64,000 nucleotides of DNA from Oscillospiraceae bacterium (GCA_045642145.1 JAZUIH010000021.1:3761-67760); one strand, 5' to 3'; shown: positions 27,414 to 36,929, counted from the stretch's first letter. Program-made: numbers and translations. Notes: a model not told the origin generated them from the letters alone.

Positions 27414-29672
27414 ATGAAGAAATTCAGAAGAACTCTTGCAGGAATAACTGCTGCCGTGCTTGCATCTGCGGCGGTATCAGTATTCCCGGCAGGAAACGGC
27501 ATTTCACAGGGAAATATTTCTGAGGTAAATGCGGCAAAAGCGGAATTCAACTATGCGGAAGCACTTCAGAAGTCACTGTTTTTCTATGAATGCCAGCAGG
27601 CAGGACCGCTTCCTGAGTGGAACAGGGTAACCTGGCGTGCGGACTCAACAATGTCTGATGACGTAACAGGCGGATGGTATGATGCCGGTGACCACGTAAA
27701 GTTCAATCTCCCTATGGCTTACTCTGCGACAATGCTTGCCTGGGGACTTTACCAGTACGGTGACGGTGTTGAAAAAACCGGCGAATATCAGAACTATCAG
27801 AACAACCTTGAATTTGTCCTTGACTATCTTGTGGACTGCGACAGAGGAGACAAGGTAGTTTACCAGATAGGAGAAGGCAATGCTGACCACAAGTGGTGGG
27901 GAGCTGCCGAGCTTGTTGAACTTGAGATGGGCAAGCGTCCGTCATACGAAGGTGACGGTTCATGCGTTGTCGGCGAGATGTCAGCTGCACTTGCTGCAGG
28001 CGCTGCTGCTCTTAAGGGAAAGTCAGACAAAACAGACAGGTACCTTGAGTGTGCTGTTCATTACTTTGACCTTGCATGGAAGGTGCAGAGCGACAAGGGC
28101 TACAAGGCTGCAAGTACCTTCTATGATTCATGGAGCGGCTTCTGGGACGAGCTTTTCTTTGCTGCCAACTGGCTCTATATTGCCACAGGTGATGAAGGAT
28201 ACCTTAAGAAGGCTGAGGAGTGTATTCCTAATCTCGGAAGGGAAAACCAGTCAGAGGAACTCAAGTACACCTGGGGTATGTGCTGGGATGACGTTACACA
28301 GGGCGGATTCCTTCTCTATGCGCAGAACACAGGCAGTGAGGAATACAAAAAGCAGGTTCAGAAACACCTTGACTACTGGTCACTTCCTGAAGGATACGGC
28401 GGAAAGGCAGTTTATCACCTCAAGGACGGTCTTGCATGGCTCGACTCATGGGGCTGTCTGAGATATGCATGCAATGCCGGCTTCCTTGCAGCAGTTGCAT
28501 CAGACACACTCTTTAAGGATGATGCCGAAAAGAAGGCACAGTATACTGATTTTTACGAGACACAGATTAACTACTGCCTCGGCGGAAATGCTGACGGAAG
28601 AAGCTATGTCGTAGGCTTCGGTGAAGGTGCACCTGAGCATCCTCATCACAGAACCTCACACGGTGCATGGGATGATATGAAGGCTGAAGCTCTTAAGCAT
28701 CACAGACATGTCCTTTACGGTGCGCTTGTAGGCGGCCCGGGCAAGGACGGCAAGTACGAGGATGCCGTTGACAACTATGTAAACAATGAGGTTGCCGATG
28801 ACTACAACGCCGGATTTACAGCTCTTCTGTGCAAGATGGTTTCAGTTTACGACTGTGAAACTCTTCCGGACTTCCCTCAGCCTGAGGAGCCGGACGGCCC
28901 TGAGTTCTGGATTCAGGCAAATATCAACCAGGAATCAGAGTCATATACAGAGCTTAAGATAAATGCAGTAAACCATTCGGCATGGCCTGCAAGATATATA
29001 AAGGACCTTTCATACAACTATTACTTTGATATATCAGAGATACTTGACGCCGGACTTTCAGCAGACGACATCTCAGTAAGAATAGGCTATGATGAATGGT
29101 CACAGGCTGAGGTGGAAGGTCCTCTTCAGTACGACGGAAATGTTTACTATATAAAAATAAAATACTCAGACGGTTCAGTTCTTGCTCCTATCGGCAAGGA
29201 ACAGGAGAAGGCAGAGCTTCAGGTAAGAATAATGATTCCTGATGCAAACAAGGTATGGGATTCATCAAATGACTACTCAAGGGAAGGTCTTTCAAAGGAC
29301 AGTCTTGACCAGACCATAACTGACAGAATCACAATGTACGACGGTGACACACTTGTATGGGGAACTGAACCTGACGGAACAAAGCCGGGTACCCAGACTC
29401 CTTCAGTAACACCGACAAAGACACCGGGTGACACAGACACACCTCAGACACCGCCTCCTTCAGATACCGGGGATAAACTTCCCGGCGATGTAAACCTGGA
29501 CGGGACAGTTGACCTTACTGATCTCTCTGAGCTTGCAGTTCGTCTCGTGGACAAAAAGGAATTCACCGGCCTGAAAAAACTGAATTCTGACGTTGACAGA
29601 GACGGTAATGTTACACTTGCAGACCTCGCAACACTCAGACAGTATATTTCAAAAGTGATAGACAAATTATAA
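27414..29672 (+). CDS. Cellulosomal endoglucanase GH9-CBM3c-dockerin
   Basis: Signal peptide; GGWYDAGDH, HPHHR, NEVADDYNA; CBM3c (NHSAWPAR, YYFDISE, WGTEP); Pro/Thr linker; duplicated Ca-binding dockerin loops. Confidence 0.94.
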   Translation: MKKFRRTLAGITAAVLASAAVSVFPAGNGISQGNISEVNAAKAEFNYAEALQKSLFFYECQQAGPLPEWNRVTWRADSTMSDDVTGGWYDAGDHVKFNLPMAYSATMLAWGLYQYGDGVEKTGEYQNYQNNLEFVLDYLVDCDRGDKVVYQIGEGNADHKWWGAAELVELEMGKRPSYEGDGSCVVGEMSAALAAGAAALKGKSDKTDRYLECAVHYFDLAWKVQSDKGYKAASTFYDSWSGFWDELFFAANWLYIATGDEGYLKKAEECIPNLGRENQSEELKYTWGMCWDDVTQGGFLLYAQNTGSEEYKKQVQKHLDYWSLPEGYGGKAVYHLKDGLAWLDSWGCLRYACNAGFLAAVASDTLFKDDAEKKAQYTDFYETQINYCLGGNADGRSYVVGFGEGAPEHPHHRTSHGAWDDMKAEALKHHRHVLYGALVGGPGKDGKYEDAVDNYVNNEVADDYNAGFTALLCKMVSVYDCETLPDFPQPEEPDGPEFWIQANINQESESYTELKINAVNHSAWPARYIKDLSYNYYFDISEILDAGLSADDISVRIGYDEWSQAEVEGPLQYDGNVYYIKIKYSDGSVLAPIGKEQEKAELQVRIMIPDANKVWDSSNDYSREGLSKDSLDQTITDRITMYDGDTLVWGTEPDGTKPGTQTPSVTPTKTPGDTDTPQTPPPSDTGDKLPGDVNLDGTVDLTDLSELAVRLVDKKEFTGLKKLNSDVDRDGNVTLADLATLRQYISKVIDKL

Positions 29673-29675
29673 ACT

Positions 29676-30671
29676 ATGGCAATTAACAGGGACGAGTGTC
29701 CGGACTTCCTCAATGACTATATTTTTTATCTGCGTATAGTCAGAGGAAGAGCCGAGACAACAGTAAACGAATATTTTATCAATATACGCCTTTTCCTGCG
29801 TTTTATTCTTAAAACAAAGCAGAATCTCAGCCAGCCGGTGGAGTCACTGAAGATAAAGGATTTTCCGCCGGAGCTTCTTAAGGAGATAACTCTCAGGGAC
29901 ATCTATGACTTTGAGTATTTTCTTGCGGACGAGAGGAAAAACAAGCCTGCTGCAAGAGCACGAAAGACAGCGGCGCTCAAGAGCTTTTTTCACTATCTGA
30001 ACAAAAGGGCGAATCTTATTGAAACAAATCCGGTTGACGATATCGAGATGCCGACAGTAAAAAAGGCTCTCCCGAAGTTTCTTACACTTGAGGAGAGTCT
30101 GCGTCTGCTGTCATCCGAGTCGTTTGAAAATCCGGAACGTGACTTCTGCATGGTCACACTGTTTCTTAACTGCGGTATGCGACTCAACGAGCTTGTAAGT
30201 ATAAATATAAGCGACATAGACTTTGAGGAAAGACGTCTTCTGCTAAAGGGAAAGGGCAACAAGCAGCGTATTATCTATATAAATCACGCCTGCATCTCAG
30301 CACTCAAGACATACATCAATTCGAGAAAAAACCCTCCCGAGGAGCCTGACGCGCTGTTTCTCAGCAGAAACAAACGCAGAATAAGCAGGAGAAGGGTGGA
30401 GCAGATAATCGAAAAGCTCCTGAATGAGACCGGCCTTGGCAACCGCGGAATATCCCCGCACAAACTCCGCCACACAGCCGCCACTCTCATGTATCAGCAC
30501 GGAAACGTCGACACCCTCGTCATCAAAGAGGTCCTCGGCCACGCCAGCATAGCCACCACCGAGATCTACACCCATCTCTCCGACGACCTCAAACAGTCCG
30601 CCGCCGAAAACACCCCTCTCGCCAAAATGAAAAAATCCCCTCCCAAAAAATCCCCCGACACCACAAACTAA
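29676..30671 (+). CDS. Tyrosine recombinase, XerC/XerD-like
   Basis: N-terminal SAM-like domain; catalytic R (GMRLNE), K (GKGNK), HKLRH, LGH and Y (TEIY). Confidence 0.92.
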   Translation: MAINRDECPDFLNDYIFYLRIVRGRAETTVNEYFINIRLFLRFILKTKQNLSQPVESLKIKDFPPELLKEITLRDIYDFEYFLADERKNKPAARARKTAALKSFFHYLNKRANLIETNPVDDIEMPTVKKALPKFLTLEESLRLLSSESFENPERDFCMVTLFLNCGMRLNELVSINISDIDFEERRLLLKGKGNKQRIIYINHACISALKTYINSRKNPPEEPDALFLSRNKRRISRRRVEQIIEKLLNETGLGNRGISPHKLRHTAATLMYQHGNVDTLVIKEVLGHASIATTEIYTHLSDDLKQSAAENTPLAKMKKSPPKKSPDTTN

Positions 30672-30790
30672 CACTAATATCAAAATTGAGCGAATGCCGC
30701 GAATGGTGCGAATGGTGCGAATGGTGCGAAGGGTGCGAAGGGTATAAGGGGCGACCGCAAAGCCCCTTAACTAAATTCCCTCCACCGTTA
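30672..30790 (+). repeat. REP-like hairpin element, copy B, with a six-unit 9-bp tandem array
   Basis: Six units of gcgaa(t/g)g(gt/cc) at 30690-30743; stem taaggggc-GACCGCAAA-gcccctta at 30745-30769. Confidence 0.75.
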
Positions 30791-30903
30791 TATCAAAGAA
30801 GATTAACATAAACTCCACTACAACAATATAGCCAAAATTTCTCTAAAATAATTATTAATTTTATGGAATTTACTTTTAAAGTGAAATAAAAATGTGAAAA
30901 CAC

Positions 30904-30932
30904 TCGACAAAAACGAATAGTTTATGTATAAT
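30904..30932 (+). promoter_or_regulatory. Putative sigma-A promoter
   Basis: tcgaca-17 bp-tataat. Confidence 0.55.
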
Positions 30933-31077
30933 TATATTGGCGGCGAAAAGGATTTACGCCGCCGTTATAATTATCACACCTCGCACTGCCACACATATTA
31001 GTCAGGCGTGCGACCGGTTTACAGAAAATTACCATACCCTGTAAACCTTATGGGCGTTATCGGAGGGAGTAAAAAAA

Positions 31078-31746
31078 ATGAACGAAAACATGAAGAGCGT
31101 CATCCTTAACCGCATCAACAGAACAGCGGAAGCTCTTAAGAAAAACAATATGGAATTTCACTACGCTGAGTCTAAAATAGAAGTACTCACAATCATCAGC
31201 AATCTCCTCAAAACAGGAGACGTGGTAGCCACAGGCGGCTCAGTAACCCTTGATGAGTGCGGCGTTATCGATCACTTAAGATCAGACAAGTACAAGTACC
31301 TCGACAGGGAAGCAATTGACCACGACAAGGTTGAAACACTTTACCGCGCTTCATTCAACGCTGATGCATATATCACAAGTGCAAATGCAGTTACCGAAAA
31401 CGGTGAACTCTTCAACGTTGACGGCAGAGGAAACCGTGTGGCAGCTATCTCATACGGCCCTAAGTCAGTAATCGTTGTTGTAGGCTACAACAAGATTGTA
31501 AACAACCTCGATGAGGCAGTGAACAGAGTTAAGTCAACAGCTGCTCCTGCAAACACACAGCGTCTCACATGTGCAACATACTGCTACGAAAGAGGCTGCT
31601 GCATTTCTGAAAAGAACGGTCTTTCAAACATCACCGACGGATGTGATTCAGATTCAAGAATCTGCTGTGACTACCTTATCACAGGTCACCAGAGAGAAAA
31701 GAACAGAATCAAGGTTATCATCGTAGGTGAAAAGCTCGGATTCTGA
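31078..31746 (+). CDS. LUD-domain (lactate utilization-type) protein
   Basis: GGSVTL, SANAVTENGEL, DGRGNRVAA, GYNKIV; Cys-rich C-terminus. Confidence 0.85.
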   Translation: MNENMKSVILNRINRTAEALKKNNMEFHYAESKIEVLTIISNLLKTGDVVATGGSVTLDECGVIDHLRSDKYKYLDREAIDHDKVETLYRASFNADAYITSANAVTENGELFNVDGRGNRVAAISYGPKSVIVVVGYNKIVNNLDEAVNRVKSTAAPANTQRLTCATYCYERGCCISEKNGLSNITDGCDSDSRICCDYLITGHQREKNRIKVIIVGEKLGF

Positions 31747-31762
31747 TAAAAAAAGTACATAC

Positions 31763-31803
31763 CAGGTGTTTCACGGGTTATGCCCCTGAGACACCTGTTT
31801 TTT
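31763..31803 (+). terminator. Intrinsic terminator
   Basis: caggtgtttca/tgagacacctg plus T-run. Confidence 0.7.
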
Positions 31804-31852
31804 CATAACCTGTTTAACAGCCGCAGCAACAGGATAAAATTCTGTCATAAAA

Positions 31853-31968
31853 AAAGGGGGTGTTAAAAAATTCCTCTGTACAAAGAAATCAGCACATCAA
31901 AGTCACGTAAGTACGACTTTGATGTGCTGATTATTTTATTATTCAGGCTGTTTCTAAACAGCTCCTTT
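31853..31968. repeat. MITE-like remnant with an 18-bp perfect internal inverted repeat
   Basis: Imperfect ends aaagggggtgtt / aacagctccttt; aatcagcacatcaaagtc / gactttgatgtgctgatt at 31887-31932. Confidence 0.45.
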
Positions 31969-31986
31969 GATATTTATACTGTGTGA

Positions 31987-33258
31987 TTACTTTACAGCGT
32001 TAAATGCCTGTTTTATATCATCGAGGATATCCTCAACGTTTTCGATACCTACAGAGAGTCTGATCATACCCGGATCAATACCTGCAGCAACGAGCTGCTC
32101 TTCTGTAAGCTGTCTGTGTGTTGCACTTGCCGGATTGAGAACACATGTTCTGATATCAGCAACGTGAACCTCGTTTGATGCAAGCTTAAGAGCGTCCATA
32201 AACTGTACAGCAGACTTTCTGCCGCCCTTTATAGTGAAGCTGATAACACCGCATACACCAAGAGGGAGATACTTCTTTGCTCTTTCATAGTGTGAATCAC
32301 TTTCAAGACCGGCGTACTTGATTTTTTCAACCATATCTGAAGCTTCAAGGAACTTTGCAACAGTAAGAGCGTTTTCACAGTAACGCTTCATTCTTACTGC
32401 AAGAGTCTCAAGGCCGAGGTTGAGAAGGAATGAGCTGTTTGCAGCAGGATAGCATCCGAAGTCTCTCATGAGCTGGTGTCTTACCTTGATGATGTACGGA
32501 GCGTGCGGGTACTTTTCTGTGTAAACAGTACCGTGGTAGCTTTCATCCGGCTCAGTGAAGCCAGGGAAACGGCCTGACTTAGCCCAGTCAAACTTACCTG
32601 CGTCAACGATAACTCCGCCGACCTGAACAGCATGACCATCCATGTACTTTGAAGTTGAATGAATTACAACGTCAGCGCCCCATTCGATAGGACGGCAGAG
32701 AACAGGAGTAGCAAATGTATTGTCAACGATGAGCGGGAGACCGGCCTCGTGAGCCAGATTTGCCCATCTTTCAATATCAAGAACAGTAAGTGCAGGATTT
32801 GCAATTGTCTCACCGAAAATGCACTTTGTATTAGGTCTGATAGCAGCCTTTATTTCCTCATCAGTTGCATCAACGTCCACAAAAGTACATTCGATACCCA
32901 TCTTTTTAAATGTGAATGAGAAGAGGTTTACAGTACCGCCGTAGATTGAAGAGCTTGAGATGAAGTGGTCACCTGCGTTACAGAGGTTGAGAATTGAGAG
33001 AAGTGTTGCAGCCTGTCCTGATGAAGTACACATAGCAGCAACACCGCCTTCGAGAGCGGCAATCTTCTTTTCAACAGCATCTGTTGTAGGATTTTCAAAT
33101 CTTGAGTAGATCATACCGAGCTGCGGATCGTCAAAAACGTCAGCTACAGCATCAGTTGAATTATACACATATGTTGTGCTCTGGTAAATAGGCATAACTC
33201 TTGGTTCGCCGTTCTTTGGAGAGTAGCCTTCGTGAAGGCACTGTGTTTCGATTTTCAT
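31987..33258 (-). CDS. metY: O-acetylhomoserine aminocarboxypropyltransferase (sulfhydrylase)
   Basis: PIYQST, YSRFENPT, DNTFATP, HSTSKYMDGH (PLP Lys), PASATHRQL, IRLSVGIE. Confidence 0.92.
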   Translation of the reverse strand: MKIETQCLHEGYSPKNGEPRVMPIYQSTTYVYNSTDAVADVFDDPQLGMIYSRFENPTTDAVEKKIAALEGGVAAMCTSSGQAATLLSILNLCNAGDHFISSSSIYGGTVNLFSFTFKKMGIECTFVDVDATDEEIKAAIRPNTKCIFGETIANPALTVLDIERWANLAHEAGLPLIVDNTFATPVLCRPIEWGADVVIHSTSKYMDGHAVQVGGVIVDAGKFDWAKSGRFPGFTEPDESYHGTVYTEKYPHAPYIIKVRHQLMRDFGCYPAANSSFLLNLGLETLAVRMKRYCENALTVAKFLEASDMVEKIKYAGLESDSHYERAKKYLPLGVCGVISFTIKGGRKSAVQFMDALKLASNEVHVADIRTCVLNPASATHRQLTEEQLVAAGIDPGMIRLSVGIENVEDILDDIKQAFNAVK

Positions 33259-33373
33259 GAATTGTTTTCCTCCGTTACTTTAATAAAATAACGCTGATCT
33301 CAGGCACCGGATGCCGGGTGAAATCAGCGTTTTATTCTGAAAAAATTTCACATAAAAAATTATATTACTTTTT

Positions 33374-35335
33374 TTATGCTTTGTCAATTACTTGTTCGTA
33401 CCAGTTAATCTGATTCTTACCGTTTTTCTTTGAGTAGTAGAGGGCCTTGTCCGCACGTTCTATGCATTTTTCAAGCGTATCCCCGTCTTTTATTTCGGTA
33501 ACGCCTACGCTGAGTGTAATTCTTCTGTCGGTAAAGCTGAACTCAGTTTCCCTGAGCTTTTTGCAGACCTGACTTATGATGTGCTCCTGTATTCCGGTGT
33601 CCTCTCCGAACATAAGAATCATAAATTCCTCACCGCCGAATCTACCGGCAAAACCGTTTACTCTTGATATTTCCTTAAGAATAGAGCCGAGCTTTGCAAG
33701 AACCACGTCACCGTTGTCGTGTCCGTAGGTGTCGTTTACACTCTTGAAGTTGTCGATATCCATCATAACCAGCTGAAGTGTATCGTTAGGTCTGTGGTGT
33801 GCGATTTTTGATGAAGCAGTTTCCATGAAGTGACCTCTTGAGAAAACCTTTGTAAGATGGTCGTATTCGGTCTTTTCCCTGTACTTTGATGTTTCCTGCT
33901 TTGAGGCCGTCATTGCTTCATTTGCCTTGTCAATTTCGCTCTGTTTCTTCTTCAGCTTGTGCCTGCTTCCGAGAATAACGAGAACGAGTATAGCGGCAAC
34001 TGATAATACAACTATAAGCACTCTGGCGATATTGTGGGTAAAAAATTCAATGAATGTAAAGTTGTTTTTCATGTAAAGGTTTTTGTTGATTGAGTCCCTT
34101 ATCATCTCGGAGTTCATTTTACCAAGTGCCGTGTCAAGAAGACCGCAGAGAACCGAATTGCTTTTCTTTGCAGCAAATCCGTAGCTTACACTGGTTCCGA
34201 GCTCCTCAATCTCAAACCCGTCAAGTGTGGCACCGCTGCTCAGGTAGTAGTTAAGAACATTGTCCTCTATGATAAATGAAGTCGCAAAGCCTTTTTTGAG
34301 AGCATTCAGACAGCTCTTTACGTTGTTGAAATGAATAATATCCGCATCCGGCTTGTTGTCGCTTATATACACAGCCTGTACCGGACTTGATGCCAGAACG
34401 GCTATTTTCCTGTAGATGTCAGAAGGTGCGTCCGGAAGATAAATGACCTTCATCTCGTCATTTACAAACTCTCTTGTGGATATGGTATATTCACGTTCAA
34501 GCCTCCACATATCCCTGTAGGCAGGGAACATGGCGTCAATTTCGCCGCTTTCGAGAGCACTGTAAAGCTCTGCATAGGTTGTGAACCTGACAGCAGAAAC
34601 GCTTTTCCCGAGAATTCTGTATATCTCTGTGAACAGCTGCGACATGGCCCCCTCAACCTTGCCTGTGTCGGCGTTCTTGTTAGAGTATGGCATGTAGTTG
34701 TCAAGGTATCCTACAAGTATTGTGTCGTGCGAATCGAGCCACTTTTTTTCCTCCGGAGTAAATTCAAGCTTCGCATCTGACGAGCTGTAGAATTTTTCAG
34801 TAAGTCTGCTGCAGAACATCGGATCCTTTTTCTGCATCTGTTCCTGCGCTCTGCACAGTTCATTGTATATATCTGTTCTTGACGAACTGACTGCAATATA
34901 GTAGTCATCGCCGTCCGCACCCGGAATGTCGTTGAAGTTACTGTACTCCGTGCCCATGCGGTACGGAGTAACTGTAACGGCGTCAGATTTGTCGGCGTTT
35001 TTCTGTGATATTCCGGCTGTCATGTCGATGCTGCCGGTTTTGAGCAGGGCCATTATCTCCTCATACGAACCGTAAACATATCTGTAGTCCCATCCGGTAT
35101 ACCGCGCGAGTTCCTGATAGTACTCGTACGCATAGCCGTTTTTTCTGTCACTGTCAGTGTAACCCTCTTCAAACCTCGGGTCAGTAGTGTAGTAGCCGAC
35201 TTTTATCTCACTGACGGCTGCCCTGGCAGGTGCTGTATCCGGTAACACTGCCGGTAACGCTGTTAAAAGCGCAAGTGCTGTCAAAACAGTTTTTTTGTAA
35301 AATCCAATCATAACTGACCCCCGTTCAATAATCAT
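33374..35335 (-). CDS. Membrane diguanylate cyclase with two extracellular substrate-binding (family 3-like) domains
   Basis: Signal peptide, two SBP-like repeats, TM helix, DIDNFK..NDTYGH and GRFGGEEF; true start may be 35311. Confidence 0.88.
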   Translation of the reverse strand: MIIERGSVMIGFYKKTVLTALALLTALPAVLPDTAPARAAVSEIKVGYYTTDPRFEEGYTDSDRKNGYAYEYYQELARYTGWDYRYVYGSYEEIMALLKTGSIDMTAGISQKNADKSDAVTVTPYRMGTEYSNFNDIPGADGDDYYIAVSSSRTDIYNELCRAQEQMQKKDPMFCSRLTEKFYSSSDAKLEFTPEEKKWLDSHDTILVGYLDNYMPYSNKNADTGKVEGAMSQLFTEIYRILGKSVSAVRFTTYAELYSALESGEIDAMFPAYRDMWRLEREYTISTREFVNDEMKVIYLPDAPSDIYRKIAVLASSPVQAVYISDNKPDADIIHFNNVKSCLNALKKGFATSFIIEDNVLNYYLSSGATLDGFEIEELGTSVSYGFAAKKSNSVLCGLLDTALGKMNSEMIRDSINKNLYMKNNFTFIEFFTHNIARVLIVVLSVAAILVLVILGSRHKLKKKQSEIDKANEAMTASKQETSKYREKTEYDHLTKVFSRGHFMETASSKIAHHRPNDTLQLVMMDIDNFKSVNDTYGHDNGDVVLAKLGSILKEISRVNGFAGRFGGEEFMILMFGEDTGIQEHIISQVCKKLRETEFSFTDRRITLSVGVTEIKDGDTLEKCIERADKALYYSKKNGKNQINWYEQVIDKA

Positions 35336-35732
35336 CTATATGTAAATTATACTATAAATTCATCTGCACTGTCAATAAAATTATCGCAAATGACAATATA
35401 AATTTTACTTTTCAGTTTCCTGTAAACACGGTTTTATCAGTAAATTCCTGCACAAAAATGGTGATGACAGCGTTAAACGGCCTGTGCAGGGAAAAACAAT
35501 TTTTTTGAAATACACTTTAATTCTTTTCCCATATCTATAAGCTACAAATGAAACATATTGTTTTTGTGCAACTTTGTTTTCTTAAGGATAAATACGATAA
35601 AACTGAGCTGTGAAGCTGAAAAAAATTTATTTTTTCAGATAATTTTTATTAAAAAATGCTCATTCAGGGGTTTAATTTTGTAAACGTATATGTTATAATA
35701 AACATATGCTTTTAAGGAGGGTATAACAAATT

Positions 35733-36116
35733 TTGGTAAACAAGGATTTATTGAAAGAAATTAAATTTATAGTCATCTGCTCTTTATGTATAGATATCAT
35801 ACTCACAGCGATGGCTTCACTGTTTGTTCCGTTTGTTTATGCCCTGTCGGGTGCTCTGCTCGGCACAGTGCTTCTGGCAGCTGATCTTTTCTTTCTCTCC
35901 CTTACTGTTGACAGTATCGCGAGGGAGGCAAGAAGGGGAAGAAACGGCACGTCAAAGATGGTGTTTCATTACATACTGAGATTTTTATTTGTGGGTCTGG
36001 GATTATGGGTGGCCTTTAAAATAGATTTTTCAGCACTTGTATGCGCCGCACTGCCACTGCTTTATCCGAAGGTAATTTATCCTCTTAAGGCTATAATCAA
36101 GAAGAAGGAGGGATAA
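35733..36116 (+). CDS. atpI: ATP synthase protein I
   Basis: Four-TM protein, first gene of the atp operon. Confidence 0.75.
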   Translation: MVNKDLLKEIKFIVICSLCIDIILTAMASLFVPFVYALSGALLGTVLLAADLFFLSLTVDSIAREARRGRNGTSKMVFHYILRFLFVGLGLWVAFKIDFSALVCAALPLLYPKVIYPLKAIIKKKEG

Positions 36117-36120
36117 GGGT

Positions 36121-36849
36121 TTGAAACTGGGTTCAGAAGAAGTAGTAGTTAATGGTCCTAAGGTCGCGTTTAAGATTTTCGGACTTAACGTTACTGAAAC
36201 TGTCATTCTCAGCTGGGTTGTCATGGCCGTAATCATAGGAGCTGTCCTGTTTATGACCAGCAATATGTCAAAGAACAATCCGAGCAAAAAGCAGATTGTC
36301 GCTGAGTGGATAGTTGAAACTGTAAACGGCATGGTCAGAGATGCAATGGGGTCGAAGAATCTCGTCTATGCTCCGTACATGGCTACAATCTTTTCGTTCT
36401 CGATCTGCGGAAGTCTTATAAGTGTACTTGGCTTAAGGCCGGTAACAGGTGACTTCAGCGTTACACTTACGTGGGCGCTCATGACATTCTTCATGATTCA
36501 GTACGCGAAGATAAAGAACGATGGTGTTCTCGGCTATATAGTGGGATTCTCAAAGCCGATTGCGCTTCTTACACCTATCAACATTATCAGTGAACTTGCC
36601 ACACCGGTATCGATGAGTATACGTCACTTCGGTAATGTTGCGAGTGGTATCGTAATTACCCAGCTTTTGTACTTTGCTCTGACATCACTTTCACGTGCAG
36701 TAGGTCTGAGCGTATTCCCGGTGTTCACAATCGGTGTACCGGCAGTACTGTCAGTTTACTTCGACCTTTTCACAGGATTTATGCAGGCATTTATCTTCAC
36801 AATGCTTACTATGGCAAATGTAGGTTCTGCATATCCGGACGAAGAGTAA
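36121..36849 (+). CDS. atpB: F0F1 ATP synthase subunit a
   Basis: PVSMSIRHFGN with conserved Arg; QAFIFTMLT. Confidence 0.95.
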   Translation: MKLGSEEVVVNGPKVAFKIFGLNVTETVILSWVVMAVIIGAVLFMTSNMSKNNPSKKQIVAEWIVETVNGMVRDAMGSKNLVYAPYMATIFSFSICGSLISVLGLRPVTGDFSVTLTWALMTFFMIQYAKIKNDGVLGYIVGFSKPIALLTPINIISELATPVSMSIRHFGNVASGIVITQLLYFALTSLSRAVGLSVFPVFTIGVPAVLSVYFDLFTGFMQAFIFTMLTMANVGSAYPDEE

Positions 36850-36929
36850 CGGACTGACAGGGAAACATGTATTATATATACCGCAGAAATATAATACATT
36901 AAACCAAAAAATTATTAAAAATTATTTAA

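Noticed and set aside
29676-30671. Integrase of a prophage or ICE
   Set aside because: No tRNA or att site, excisionase or cargo; the flanks are host genes and the protein is Xer-like.
30440-30671. Rho-utilisation site or replication terminus as the cause of the C-rich tail
   Set aside because: The SNF2 tail shows the opposite skew, the skews extend into downstream genes, and they are local and flip within the window.
30297-30683. 128-aa Gly/Val-rich antisense ORF over the xer 3' end
   Set aside because: A by-product of the C/A skew on the opposite strand; no RBS or recognisable domain.
30690-30743. CRISPR-like repeat
   Set aside because: 9-bp tandem units with no spacers and no cas genes.
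33259-33373. SAM riboswitch or T-box upstream of metY
   Set aside because: 115-bp gap containing a single hairpin; no recognisable SAM-I or T-box motifs.
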